Source of the DNA: Macrostomum hystrix
Lineage: Eukaryota > Animalia > Platyhelminthes
Assembly (NCBI GenBank): GCA_950097015.1
Contig: CATNEN010000001.1
Coordinates: 19,530,001-19,594,000, forward strand
Direction of reading: 5' to 3'
Length of the DNA stretch: 64,000 nucleotides
Of this stretch, positions 9,220 through 20,240 are shown piece after piece (the first letter of the stretch is position 1; each line of letters begins with the position of its first letter). Under the pieces are notes generated by a model. It saw only the letters and a program-made list of their open reading frames with translations, made no database searches and had not been told where the DNA came from. Position numbers and translations under genes: made by a program.

Positions 9220-10290
9220 GAGTCTTAGTGTTACCTGTCTTGGTCATTATACCAATTGTGTGTGCCACGCTACCACAGGTACAACACACACTTTTTTCGT
9301 TTAATGCACGCTTTTTGTGCAATGGTTTTACAATAGTTTTTGACTTGCTGTAAAACTTCAAGCTAAATGATGGAAGCTGTTTTGCATAGAACCATACTCT
9401 TGAAATAAAAGATTAGTTCAATATGAAATATTCAATCTCTGGAAATAGCGATCACAAAATACGCTCGTATCTGAGATAACTAGCACTTTTTGCTTACCAG
9501 CTCTCTCCAGAATTTTCCTGTAACAAACGAAGACCAACAATTGTTATCAGTCCTTCAGACTCAATATTTTTCCTTCAAATATTCAACCAACAAACACCAA
9601 AAAAATCTGCTTGGAAAGTGAAATTGAGGACAATAAAAAATAGCCATCAGCAGCCGTGAGATCAATTTACCTTCACCAGAATGATTTGGCTTCAGTGACT
9701 CGTTTCAATCTTGAATCGGTAAAAATTATTTTAAAAAAGAAATGAGACACGAAATTATCAAAACTTCCGACACCGTGGATAAAATTGATCAGTAAAATAC
9801 TTAACAAACACTATGCAAAAATAAAGATCATTAGCATGATAACATCATTTAACAAATCCTGCAGTCTGTATCCCTCATGTTACAAAAGATATCTCTCCTT
9901 ATTGAAACCGATGAGAATAATTGGAATGCAAAATAGAGACAGGTAAAACCGCACCTAACCCAGTCGAGTCAGATGTACAGCCCCAGCTACTGCGTGTCGT
10001 ATCTAAAGGCCGTGTACAGTTGTACAGTCCGTGGACTGGGAAGCAATTGGCATCAATTTCAAATCTGGGACACCCTTGCTCAAGGATACAATATGCTGCG
10101 GTGTTACAAGTTGAAGGCGCTAACCACTGGCTACAATGCCTAGGCAACCAGCTTGACTAATTGCCATGGTAATGTGTCAGGTGATGCCAATCAATAAGAA
10201 AGTAGGAATGACTAGCGAGTCAACCACGCAGCTGCTGTGGTCGGATGGCAATATTTATTTATTTATGTTCGCAACGATCTATACTCAGGC

Positions 10291-13200
10291 TCAGCCCTCG
10301 CTCTGGCAGGCGATTTCGCCAGCCGCTCCGCAGTCTGAGATGCTGCAATAGTTTATGGCCGAGACCGGCTTCCCCTGCCCCGAGCCAATGTCGTCCTCCA
10401 GCAGCCTGTTGAACTCGCCCGGCCTCGCTGATGAGCCGTCAGAGGCGGCCCAGGCTGGCAGCTCGGCAGAGCAGAGCAGAACGAAGGCGAGGGTCAGGAG
10501 TGCCTGTACGGCAGCAGCAGCTCCCAGCAGCACTCGCCAACTGTGCGGGTCGCCCCGGTCCTGAGTCACGTGATGTGCCACGCAGTGCGAGGCCACGCCT
10601 GGAAATGTTTTTACAAATGAATTAAAATAGGTCAAGTCATTTAGCATGTAGAGCGCTTTCCACGTACGACAGACGAACAAACGAGGGGTGTCAGAAACAG
10701 CTGAAATAAAGAAAGTGCCCGGAATTTTAGGACGCCACTCATTGATCAGAAATTTAGCAACTCTGGATTTTCCTTTCCTTTCCTAACATCTACTGGAAAT
10801 TTTGTACAGTATTATGTAATTATGAAATTATTTTTTTCACGGCAAAGCTAATTTTATTTGGGGCGCAGCCTCGGAGAGAAGGCTTGGTGGCTTGTCGTGC
10901 AATTTACGCCCTTGAGGGCCAACCTCCATGCGTATGCCTGCGTACAGTATCTGTGTGCGTGTGTGCTCAGGAGTCAGCGAACTGGGCAGAATTGCCACCT
11001 CGCTGGCTGCGGGTCTAGTGTCACCAAATGATGTGCCATTGCCTGCAGCCCTCCTGCAATTACAAGTATTATTACTACTACGATCGTACTATGGACTGAG
11101 GCGCCGAAATCACACTAGAAATCTCCGCCAATGCCTGTGAACTATAGCAATCTGATGAAATTGAATATTCGAAACTCAGACCTCTCTGTCAGATTTTCGA
11201 AGCGCTAAGCACTGAGCTTCAACCAGTCTTCAATAATAAACTATTTAATGCACAAATACTAAATTTAACTTCGATTGTCTAAAGCCACGTCAATGGGGTG
11301 GGATTAACTAGCTAAATCTGTGATTATTATAAAGCATTTCCTAAAAAACAAACACAGACTTGAGAGAAGGACCAAGGGGATTACAGAATTTTAATCCCAA
11401 GAACTCGTCTTCCTTAATTCTCAGATTTCACAGATACCATGGCAGAGTGAAGTTGTGAACTTATTTTCACTCCAGCTGTTACCAAAAATATTTTTTGAAG
11501 CAAATCTGCACACGATGCCGCCCCCTCAAATATCACGCACGCTCACTGCTGCCTGACACTAGAAAGTCAAAGGGTAGAGATGAGCACCCTTGTGTGAGTT
11601 CTTGTTGGCTAGAAGGATGTTGGTTGGTTGACTGTTACTAATAATAATGAAATTTGATATTTTTATGTAATAATTTTTTTATTTAATAATAATTTGGGCA
11701 ATGGTACATCATTTTGTTACGGTAGTTCAGCAGCCAGCGAGAAGGCACTTTTGGCTGACTCCTGAGCACACACGCACACGGGTGTGTACATCTGCCAATT
11801 TTTTTAATCCTCTGGCAGTGTACACTTTTCACAAATAGATTGACAAGCATCAAAGCCTTCTCTCCGCGGCTGCGCCCCAAATGAATGCGGCCTCACCGCA
11901 GAATCTAGCTAAAGGACCTTGGTGCGAGAGCCGAACGCGTTAACCGCTCTGCCACTCGCCCTGCTGTCAGGGTCACCTGCAGCTATCGCCATCATTATTG
12001 TCAGCCCGACAGCCCTCATAGAGACAGTCCAGTCTCACCGAGTCCGCTGCCCACGGCTGTGGACAACCCAGCCAGCAGTCCGGCCTCCAGGGGCGCCAGG
12101 TCCAGGTGGTTGACAGCCAGGCCAGAAGCTCCCAAGCCAGCTCCGGCCAGACCCAGCGTCATCAGCGCCGTGGCTGCGTCCACTCCGTGCCAGCCAGCGG
12201 CCCCGGCCAGCGTTGCTAGGCAACCAGTGAGGCAGCCGAAGCCCAGGCTGACAATGAGGCGCCGACTGGCCACAATGGACAGGCAGCGGGTGGAGCTGAT
12301 GCGATCGAGAAGCTGACCGCCTGGAAGACAGATAGGACTTCTCCTTCATCATAAGCATATCTTCGAAAATGTATTTGTTTAAATTACATTCTTTAAAGTC
12401 ACAATGACGCTGTTCTCACCAATCAGCGTCATTGCTGCCATGGCAACCAACGGAGCTGTCATTCGTGGCCAAATCTGAATCTGGCTCACCGCACCGAAGC
12501 TGTCCCTGTAGTAGGCGGCCGGCACAGTTCCGTAGGCGCACAGTCGAAGGGTCCATTGCAGACCGCCGCTAGCCAAACAGATACCAATCACTGGTCCGCT
12601 GGTCAGCATCGACTTCAGTGTTATCAACACTCGCAAACAGCAGCTGCCTGAGGAGGCCTTGTCACCTGGCTGCATCCCGTTCGGGTCGGCGCTGGCGCTG
12701 GGAGCTCGCAGCGAGCGATCGCACGCCTCGGAGGTCCAGCGTCGACTTAGCGACAGCCAGGCGCCGGACCAGAAGCATCCGGCCAGGCCGACCCCGCAGG
12801 CCAGCGCAGCCAGCCAGGCGACGGAATTTCGGTTCGCCTCCTGAGTGGCCAAACCTGTCAGGACGATACCAGCGACGGACCCGACGGCGGCACCGAACGT
12901 GGCGCTGGACATCAGGCGGCCGCGCATGCCTGGCGTGGCCCAGAGGCCCCACATCGCGAAGGCGGCGGGCCAGACGCAGCTCTCGAAGGCGGCCTGGGTG
13001 ATGCGAATTGCCGCCGTGGCGTAGCCAGCCACCATCGCCGAGGCCGCAATGGCCGTGGCTGGGAGGAGCAGGTTCAGCAGGCAGCTGGCCAGCACTGACG
13101 CGCCAAGTAGCTGATGCGGAGCCGTTGGCAACCACCATCGATGACTGCCGGTTGAGCGCAGCTGGCAGCCGAGCTGCACCAGAAGGCCGGCAGGCAGGCT

Positions 13201-14218
13201 GAACACTGCCAGGCTCGCGAGGAATGCAGTCTCCAATGGCGCAGTCGGAATGCTGTTCAAGGTGATCTGTTTGATTCACAAACGGTTAGTCAGGTCACAC
13301 GAGAACTTACCGTACAACAATCCGACGTCGGTTGACTTTACCGACGTCGACGTCAATGGCAAATTAAATGGAAACTTTTCGATTGCACGTTCAGTCGACG
13401 TTTCACGTTTAAGCTGTTTCTACTTCTTTTCCAAGGTTTTGTACGTTTTGCGCATTTTTTGTTCCGTAAGGTTTCGTCAGTGTAATGTAAAAGTTAATCC
13501 CATTTGCCATCAATGTCGTCCACCAGACGTCCGACGTCCTGCAATGTCGGTCGCAAATGGGAATTTTTCAATTGCACCAACATTCAGTCGACGTTTCGCG
13601 TTTTTTCGTTTTGTAGGATTTCGCCTGTGTAATGTAAAAATTCCCATTTGTCATCGACGTCGCTGGGCGTCGGTGACGTCGGAAAAGTCAACCGACTTTG
13701 GATTGTTGCACGTGAACTGTACGACTGCGCAATATAAGGAAATGTATCTAACCAATGAGCTTCACCTCCTGCCTAGACTCCTGCCGATAGACCGTGTCAT
13801 TGTTCATCTCCGGATCCGAGAAGTACATTACCGTGTCCGAGACCTTCGGGTTCGACGTCGCCAGCCGGATGTCCGGGCCGAAGCCCAACTCCCAGCGCAT
13901 CGCGAACACCAACGCCAGGCCGATGCCGCCGAGCCAAGCGGCTCGAAGTCGCAACCAGTTTGGAGCCGCACATGCGGACTCGTCCGCGTTGGACACTTTG
14001 CCATCATCGGACTGCGGCCGTCTTGGCGGCGAAGTCTTCTGCGTTGTAGCGTCCTTCATCAGCTTCTTGGCCGCTGTCGAGATCGGCTTCAGAGTGGTTC
14101 TTGGAGGCGAAGAGTCCACCGCATTGCTGCTGCCGTTAATTTGTGCCACCCCAGCTGACTGGTTGATGCCTTCGGCCGCAGAGGCCTCTTGCATCGCTGC
14201 CTGTTCTCCTAGAGGCAT
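10291..14218 (-). CDS. Divergent SLC17-family (VGLUT/sialin-like) MFS anion transporter, about 629 aa
   Basis: Exons 14218-13766, 13266-12420, 12320-12039, 10598-10291, GT-AG and phase-consistent (0,1,1). Motifs LVFAMR (TM1), RITQAAFESCVWPA (TM4), W..P..RGRL, GQLLDRI..LS...RR, NHLDLAP, LCSAELPAWA. Alternative upstream ATG at 14314. Confidence 0.8.
10852..11078 (+). mobile_element. SINE copy, 5' truncated with internal deletion, in SLC17 intron 3
   Basis: Matches the body and 3' end (..CCTCCTGCAATT, degenerate ATT tail) of the family; lacks the central hairpin. Confidence 0.82.
11685..11963 (-). mobile_element. Diverged SINE copy in SLC17 intron 3
   Basis: GAGTGGCAGAGCGGTTAACGCG head and ATT tail; several internal deletions. 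Confidence 0.78.
13311..13712. mobile_element. MITE in SLC17 intron 1
   Basis: About 38-bp imperfect TIR CGT(A/G)CAACAATCC..GTCGGTTGACTTT.CCGACGTC; many internal GACGTC/GTCGAC motifs and an internal direct repeat. Confidence 0.75.
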
Positions 14219-14486
14219 CTCTTTCTGGCTGCCCGAATGCAGAAAATTCAATAGATTCGGGGATTTTATATTTCTTGCCGTCAACCAACCGTGTAAGTTA
14301 CAGCTGGTGGCCATGCCGCCTACGTGGCAATCCTTTCTATAGTATTAAAATGTTTCCGTCAGAAGACAAAGCGTCGGTTGATTGATTGAATCTATGCTAC
14401 AAATACCAGGCATTATACTACAAGTAGCATTTGTAGTTCTCTGCTAACATGGCGAACATATCAAAAGCTTGCTTAACCACTCTATT

Positions 14487-14690
14487 CAGCTGACTCCTGA
14501 GCACACGCTCACACAGGTGTGCACACCTGCCCTGACTTTCACATCGTCAGGCAGTTCTCTCACTGCGCCTTGGAGGTTGGCCCTCGAGGGCGAAAATTGC
14601 ACGACAAGCCCCCAAGCCTTCTCTCCGCGTCTGCGCCCGAAATGAATGTGGCCTCGCCGTGGAATCGAACTCAGGAACTTTGGTGCGAAA
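14487..14690 (-). mobile_element. Partial SINE copy between eIF3g and SLC17
   Basis: B box GTTCGATTCCACGGCGAGGCC through CTCAGGAGTCAGC. Confidence 0.8.
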
Positions 14691-15039
14691 GTAACTTAAT
14701 ATGACACTTCGAATACCATTGGAAAGATTTAGAACGAACGGAACGAGTGAGAAGTGACTTTAAGGGTAAAGTTTCAGTTTCCAGGAAATCCATACTCCAT
14801 CAACCGGCAACTAGTAAAGCACGCTTGCTTGAACTGTTCAACATTTTATTTATCATAATCATCACTAACTATTATTATATTATTTATCGAATGCACAACT
14901 GTCGCACACTTCAACCGGCAAATACGAGAAATAAGAACAAAATAAAGTGCTTCAACTGCAGGAGACACAACAGACGAACTCACAAAAGCTAAATGATTTC
15001 AGACGAGTCTATTATTAGATTATCGACACATCAATCCGA

Positions 15040-16852
15040 TCAATCATTAGAAGGCTTGGCCCATTCCACTTTGAGGATAAGGTGACCGTAGCCGAAGCCG
15101 GAGACGCCAATAATGGCCTTCTGGGCGTCCTCCTTCTTCTGGTAGGTGATGAAAGCGAAGCCCTTGCTAGCCATCGTCTGCTTGTCCTTGGCCAGGAAGA
15201 TGCGGTGAATCTTGCCAAACGGATTGAACAGGTTGCCCAGATCCTCCTCGGTGGTGTCCTCCGGCAGGTTGGTGACTCGGATGGTCGGCTGGTCCTCTCG
15301 CCGCTTGTCCATGCCGCCGGGACTCCCAGGCGAGGCGGTGCCAGCTGCGGCCTGCCTCAGGCCTGGCGGGATGTACTTGCCGCCGGCCTCCTTGCCAACC
15401 ATCGGGGTGACCTGGCTGGTGGAGTCGCGGCCTGTGGTGGCCGGACCCGCGCTGGACTGGGGCGTGATCTGGGTGCGAACATTGTTGGGATGTTGGAGTT
15501 GCGCTAAAGCGAATAGGAATCGCAGCCAGCGAAGACACGCAGCCAGCGAAGAGGCAATTCTGCCCATTCCGCTGACTCCTGGGCACACACGCACACAGGT
15601 GTGTACATCTGCCCTGACTTTCACATTGTCAGGCAGTGTACACTCTCACTGTGCCTTGGAGGTTGGCCCTCGAGGGCGTAAACTGCACGACAAGCACCCA
15701 AGCCTTCTCTCCGCGTCTGCGCCCGAAATGAATGTGGCCTCGCCACGGAATCGAGCTATAAATCAAGACAGACTACGCACCTGCTTATCAGCGTCCAGAG
15801 TGTCCTGCTTGTCCTTAAACGGACACCTGGTAGTGAAGTGCGGCCCGCGACAAATCCTACAGGTGGCGATGTTTTTGGGCATCTTGTTGACCAACTCGTC
15901 GGCCTGCTTCTCGGCTTCGTCCTCAGGGCGGCCGCTAACAAACTGCAGGAACACCTCCTCGGCCGGGTAGGTGTTGGCCGAGTTTGGCCCGGGACCGTCC
16001 GATTCGGCGGCGCCGAACTTTTTCCACTCTTTGCGACGGGCGATGCTTTTGCTGAGTTTGCGCACCTCCACCTGGAGCTCCGAGATCACCTGAGAATGAC
16101 GGACGGCGATGCAAACGCGATGTTATTAATCAGTCATTAATCAAGTTTTGAAATAAAAACAAAAGTTCACGTTTATATGTGAACGACTTTCTGTGATGAT
16201 AAGGATTCTCCATTTGGTTCTCACGTTCGGTAGTTCTGTCTTAGGTTCGGTATTGGGATTTTTATATTCGGATTTGGGATTCTTAGATAAATATTTGGGA
16301 TGTTTAGATTCGGATTTGGGATTCTAAGATAAATATTCGGGATTCTTAGATTAGGATTTCGGATTCGTAGATAAGTTATAGGGGTTTTTTAATTAGGTTG
16401 TGGGATTCTTAGAAAAGGGTTTGGGATTCTTAGATTAGGATTTGTTATTATTAGATTAGTATTTAGGATTCTTTGATTTGGTATTGGGATTTTTAGATTC
16501 AATATTGGGATTCTTAGATTTGGTATTGGGATTTTTAGATTCAATATTGGGATTCTTAGATAAGGATTTAAAGATTTAAGATTCTTTGATTCTGCTAAAA
16601 ATTATTGAATTATGGATTGGGACTTTTGATTCGAGATGAAGATATTTAGTAACCAACTAATGGTCCTAACAATTTTACGAAAAATTGGTGCATAAAAAAA
16701 CAATGATTCACCTTAAATAGATTGCCATCTTCATCGCGCTGGTAGCTGATCTCACGTTTAATACCTTTCTCTTTATCATAATCAATGACAGGTGCTGGCA
16801 GCTTATATTGCACCTGCTCAGCCTCCTCCATCTCTTTGGCCCAGTCAGACAT
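15040..16852 (-). CDS. EIF3G: Eukaryotic translation initiation factor 3 subunit G, about 292 aa
   Basis: Exons 16852-16712, 16089-15781, 15468-15040 (all phase 0; alternative acceptor 15456). MSDWA.E; IARRKEWKKFG..GPNSANT..AEEVF; zinc knuckle CRIC.G.HFTTRCP; GKYIPP.LR; RRM TIRVTNL..KGFAF..GFGYGHLILKVEWAKPS. Confidence 0.95.
15535..15756 (-). mobile_element. Partial SINE copy in eIF3g intron 2
   Basis: Same family, from the B box to TCGCTGGCTGCG. Confidence 0.82.
16245..16590. repeat. Degenerate tandem repeat (GGGATTCTTAGATT core, about 21-bp period) in eIF3g intron 1
   Basis: Recurrent GGGATTCTTAGA / GGGATTTTTAGA units. Confidence 0.7.
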
Positions 16853-17749
16853 TGTTGATGATTTTGGTCAACCCTGGTTGGTTTTAACAAGCTGTAAATT
16901 TAAATTAAAAAAAATGCCTGATACATTTTATTTATTAAAATGTGGATTTGCTGTTACAAGTCATAATTATTTTAAAATACATAGCAAAGTAATTTGTTGA
17001 AAAAAATTAAGCCCTAAAAATGTGTCACAAACATGACAAAGCCTGATAGATGCTATTGGTCTATTACAGAATAGAATGACTTGCTATGCATGACAGAAAA
17101 TAAAGTAGCAATCTATATATATAAAAGTGAAAACTCTGTCTGTCTGTCTGTCTGTCTGTGTGCAACCTTTTGTCTTTATAGACGCCGAAACCGCTCAACC
17201 AAATCGCACCAAACTTTGCACATACCTAAAACCACCTACGCTGAGTGCAATAGGCTACTCAAATTCCCGAAAAATCATTTCCTTCCTGCTCAAAAGTGCA
17301 AAAAACTGCTCAAAAATCGTCAAAAAATCACTCAATTCGACATATCGTCGCCCCACTTTGTCAGATTTTCTCCAAATTTGATCCACTTACACTTTACATG
17401 TTTTCCAACAATGCTGTCAATTTTGAACATCTCTACTCAATCCAGAGCAAAGCTGCATCATCTCAAAGTGAGTCACTTTTTGTTTTTCGAGGACAGCCAC
17501 CCCAACTCCCCTCCGCCACTCTGCGGGCCAAATTTTATTACAGCCACCCCCTCCCTTCCCCGGGCGCCGAAGCCCCAGACTGTACATTGTATTTCAAGCC
17601 GTGAATGTACACAGCCCAAACCCCTAGACTGTCTACTGGCCCCCAAGCAGCACTGAGACTGAGTGCGGTGAGTGCGGTGGCGTCCCAGTGCGCAGGGCTC
17701 TCCGGTCGATATTTCTCTCCAGCCAGCCTGGAAGAGAGAGGCTGGCGTT

Positions 17750-18355
17750 TACTGGCTGTCAGAGAGGGCAATTCTGTGTCCTAGAAATGATGCCGCCAAC
17801 TACCAACTGCTTCAGGAGTTGCCAGGTGCAGTTTTCACCTACAAGTCAATTGATACAACGTTGACTGATGACACCGCTGTGGAGTATCCTGTTGAGTTTC
17901 TGAACTCTCTAGATCCTCCTGGAACTCCATCGCACAACTTGCAGCTGAAAGTTGGGGCACCAATTATGCTCCTCCGCAACCTGAATGCGCCAAGGCTGTG
18001 TAACGGCACCAGACTGATAGTCAGGCGGCTCTTCCCACACGTGATTGAGGCCACGATAAAGACTGGATCTGGCAGAGGAGAGTCTGTGTTCGTTCCCCGG
18101 ATTCCAATTATCCCCACGGACCTGCCATTTCAGTTCAAGCGACTGCAGTTCCCTGTGAGAGTGTGCTTTGCGATGACTATTAACAAGGCTCAGGGACAGT
18201 CGCTGAAGGTGGCTGGCATCAACCTGGAGACTCCTTGCTTCTCGCATGGGCAGCTTTATGTCGCCTGCTCCCGTGTTGGAACTCCAGCTGGCCTATTCAT
18301 TTTCGCACCAAGGGGAAGAACGAAGAATGTGGTGTATCCCCAGGCCTTGAGGTGA
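17750..18355 (+). pseudogene. Helitron RepHel PIF1-helicase C-terminal fragment
   Basis: WLSERAILCPRN, YPVEFLNSL, LKVGAPIMLLRNL..LCNGTRL, QFPVRVCFAMTINKAQGQSL, FSHGQLYVACSRV, TKNVVY; no Rep domain or helicase N-terminus. Confidence 0.9.
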
Positions 18356-18507
18356 CTCGCAAGCAATTAATAGAAAAGTAGTCACGAATTGACCTTGACC
18401 TGTCTAACTCTGAACTCTGAAACAGTTTAATTTTGTTTCTTTGACATTGTTATTGTTATGCCATGGCTATTTTCCTTATGTATACGCGTGTACATGCATA
18501 CTGTATA

Positions 18508-18779
18508 CAGAGGCAGATTTAGGGGGGGCGGGGGGGCAGTCGCCCCCCTAAATTTTAATCATGGGAATTAGATGCCCCCACCAGGGGCGCCAGTCGCAGC
18601 ACTGGCGCCCCTTTTCGGCCGCTGGCGCCCCTTTTTCAGCCGCTGGCTCCCGTTTTTCAGCCGCTGGCGCCCTTTCTTGGCTCCTGGCGCCCTTTTTCGG
18701 CCGCTGGCACCCCCTCTGTGATTCTCATGGCGCTCCCCTGACAGACCGCCCCAAAACAAAATTCCTGGATCTGCCACTG
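18508..18779. mobile_element. hAT-type MITE nested in the Helitron
   Basis: TIR CAGAGGCAGATTTAGG / CCTGGATCTGCCACTG; perfect 8-bp TSD ACTGTATA (18500-18507, 18780-18787); internal ~21-bp repeats CCGCTGGCGCCCCTTTTTCAG. Confidence 0.9.
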
Positions 18780-19869
18780 ACTGTATAGAGGAGTGGCTAA
18801 GAGACATGTTTCTAAAGAAGTAATCAAGAGGGGGCTTTTTGGACAAACTTTTCACTTATTTTTTACTTAAAACGCCCTTAAACAAACTCTTCACTTTTCA
18901 TTAATGCAGTAAATAAATAAATGGTGACCTTCACTATAAAGTTAATACAGAGACGTGAATTGCTTACTGCTTTGCTTTAGATTTCTGCCCCAAAAACAAC
19001 GGGCAAAAAAAGCTAGTAACACTATAAAACATAAAAAACTGTGTAACATTTAACAGTTCTATCTGTCAAACTAATTTTAACAACTTTGCATGCCAAAACA
19101 AAAAATACTTGGTTAGTAATAATAACACCACAAACTTATGTAAAATATCTTGTTGAAACTAGAAAAACTAAAAATAAAACTGTTGTTCAATGTTCTAGAA
19201 ACTTTTGCTATCTTTAGTTTAATTTTTATATAGCAAAAATACTTTTTACTGATAATTTTGTATCCCAATAAAATTTTACATTGAATTTTATGTAGAATAT
19301 AATATACTAAAACATTTTTATTTTCCTTTAGTGGAATCTCCTGGATACATGTTTCTCTAATGTACCCCCTTTACGCATTTCAGATGTCTTTTGCAATTGA
19401 CTGTAAATAGTAAATTGATGTCTATGCAACGTCTATTTGTTAAGCCATGGAATAGGTATGGCTTTGCCACTTCTTTAAAGCCAAAAGAGTTTTATAAACA
19501 AATAAACACGTCTTGTCAGAATAGTAATCCTATTCAATGTAAAATCTAAACATTAATACTTTAATACTGAGTGTTAATAGATAGAAGACATATATATTCC
19601 ATAGTATAGATAACGAAAAATGAACTATATGCTTTTGGAATTTTTTAAATCCATTAAAAAATAAAAAAGTTATTGCAATTTTTTTGTTTTCCAAGTCAAA
19701 TCTATCCAGTCATCTAGATCACAGACCCTTATAGGAAAAATACATTACAAAAACAACTAAAATGTTGATCAAAAAATGGTTACAACTTTTTTATTACTTG
19801 ACCAATTTTGATGAGTGAGGTGTCTTTTAACTCAGACAAACAAGATATGGGCAATGTTGAGGTTTCTTC

Positions 19870-20240
19870 GCGATATTATTTTTCAAATGGATTTGAATTC
19901 GCGTATCCACAGAGATGATTAATATGACGTAATAGAAGGATCCCTTCCAGATTTAATGTTGGTGGCGGCATTGGCGGCAGTCCCAGGCATAGCCATCCAT
20001 CCAGTCATTGCCTTGACGACGCTATAAATGCATGTCGATGGCATAGCAACCACAGTTTGCCGAGTTGGCTAGGAGGTGGTATCTTGTCAAGCCACTGGAT
20101 GCAGCTCCAGGTGTCCTGGGTTGCCGTCACCATATCGCGAATGGTAAAGTCGGACATCATCAGATCCAATAGCTCCGCAGAATTCCTAAGTTGAGCTGGT
20201 GGCATTATCCATGATGGTGCCGCAGGTTGACCAGCCATTA
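19870..20240 (-). mobile_element. Merlin/IS1595-like transposase N-terminal remnant
   Basis: With one frameshift reads CIQWL..HLLANSANCGC...MHL*...DGYAWDCRQC...IWKGSF, the zinc-ribbon pattern of Merlin/ISXO2 transposases; contains stops. Confidence 0.65.

Larger units (their letters stand above)
17112..19016 (+). mobile_element. Non-autonomous Helitron
   Basis: 5' A|TCTATATATATAAAA followed by a (CTGT)n microsatellite; 3' GCCC..GGGC hairpin then CTAG|T at 19013-19017; carries a PIF1 helicase fragment. Confidence 0.88.

Noticed and set aside
13250-14158. 302-aa plus-strand ORF
   Set aside because: Chimera of the intronic MITE and the antisense of SLC17 exon 1.
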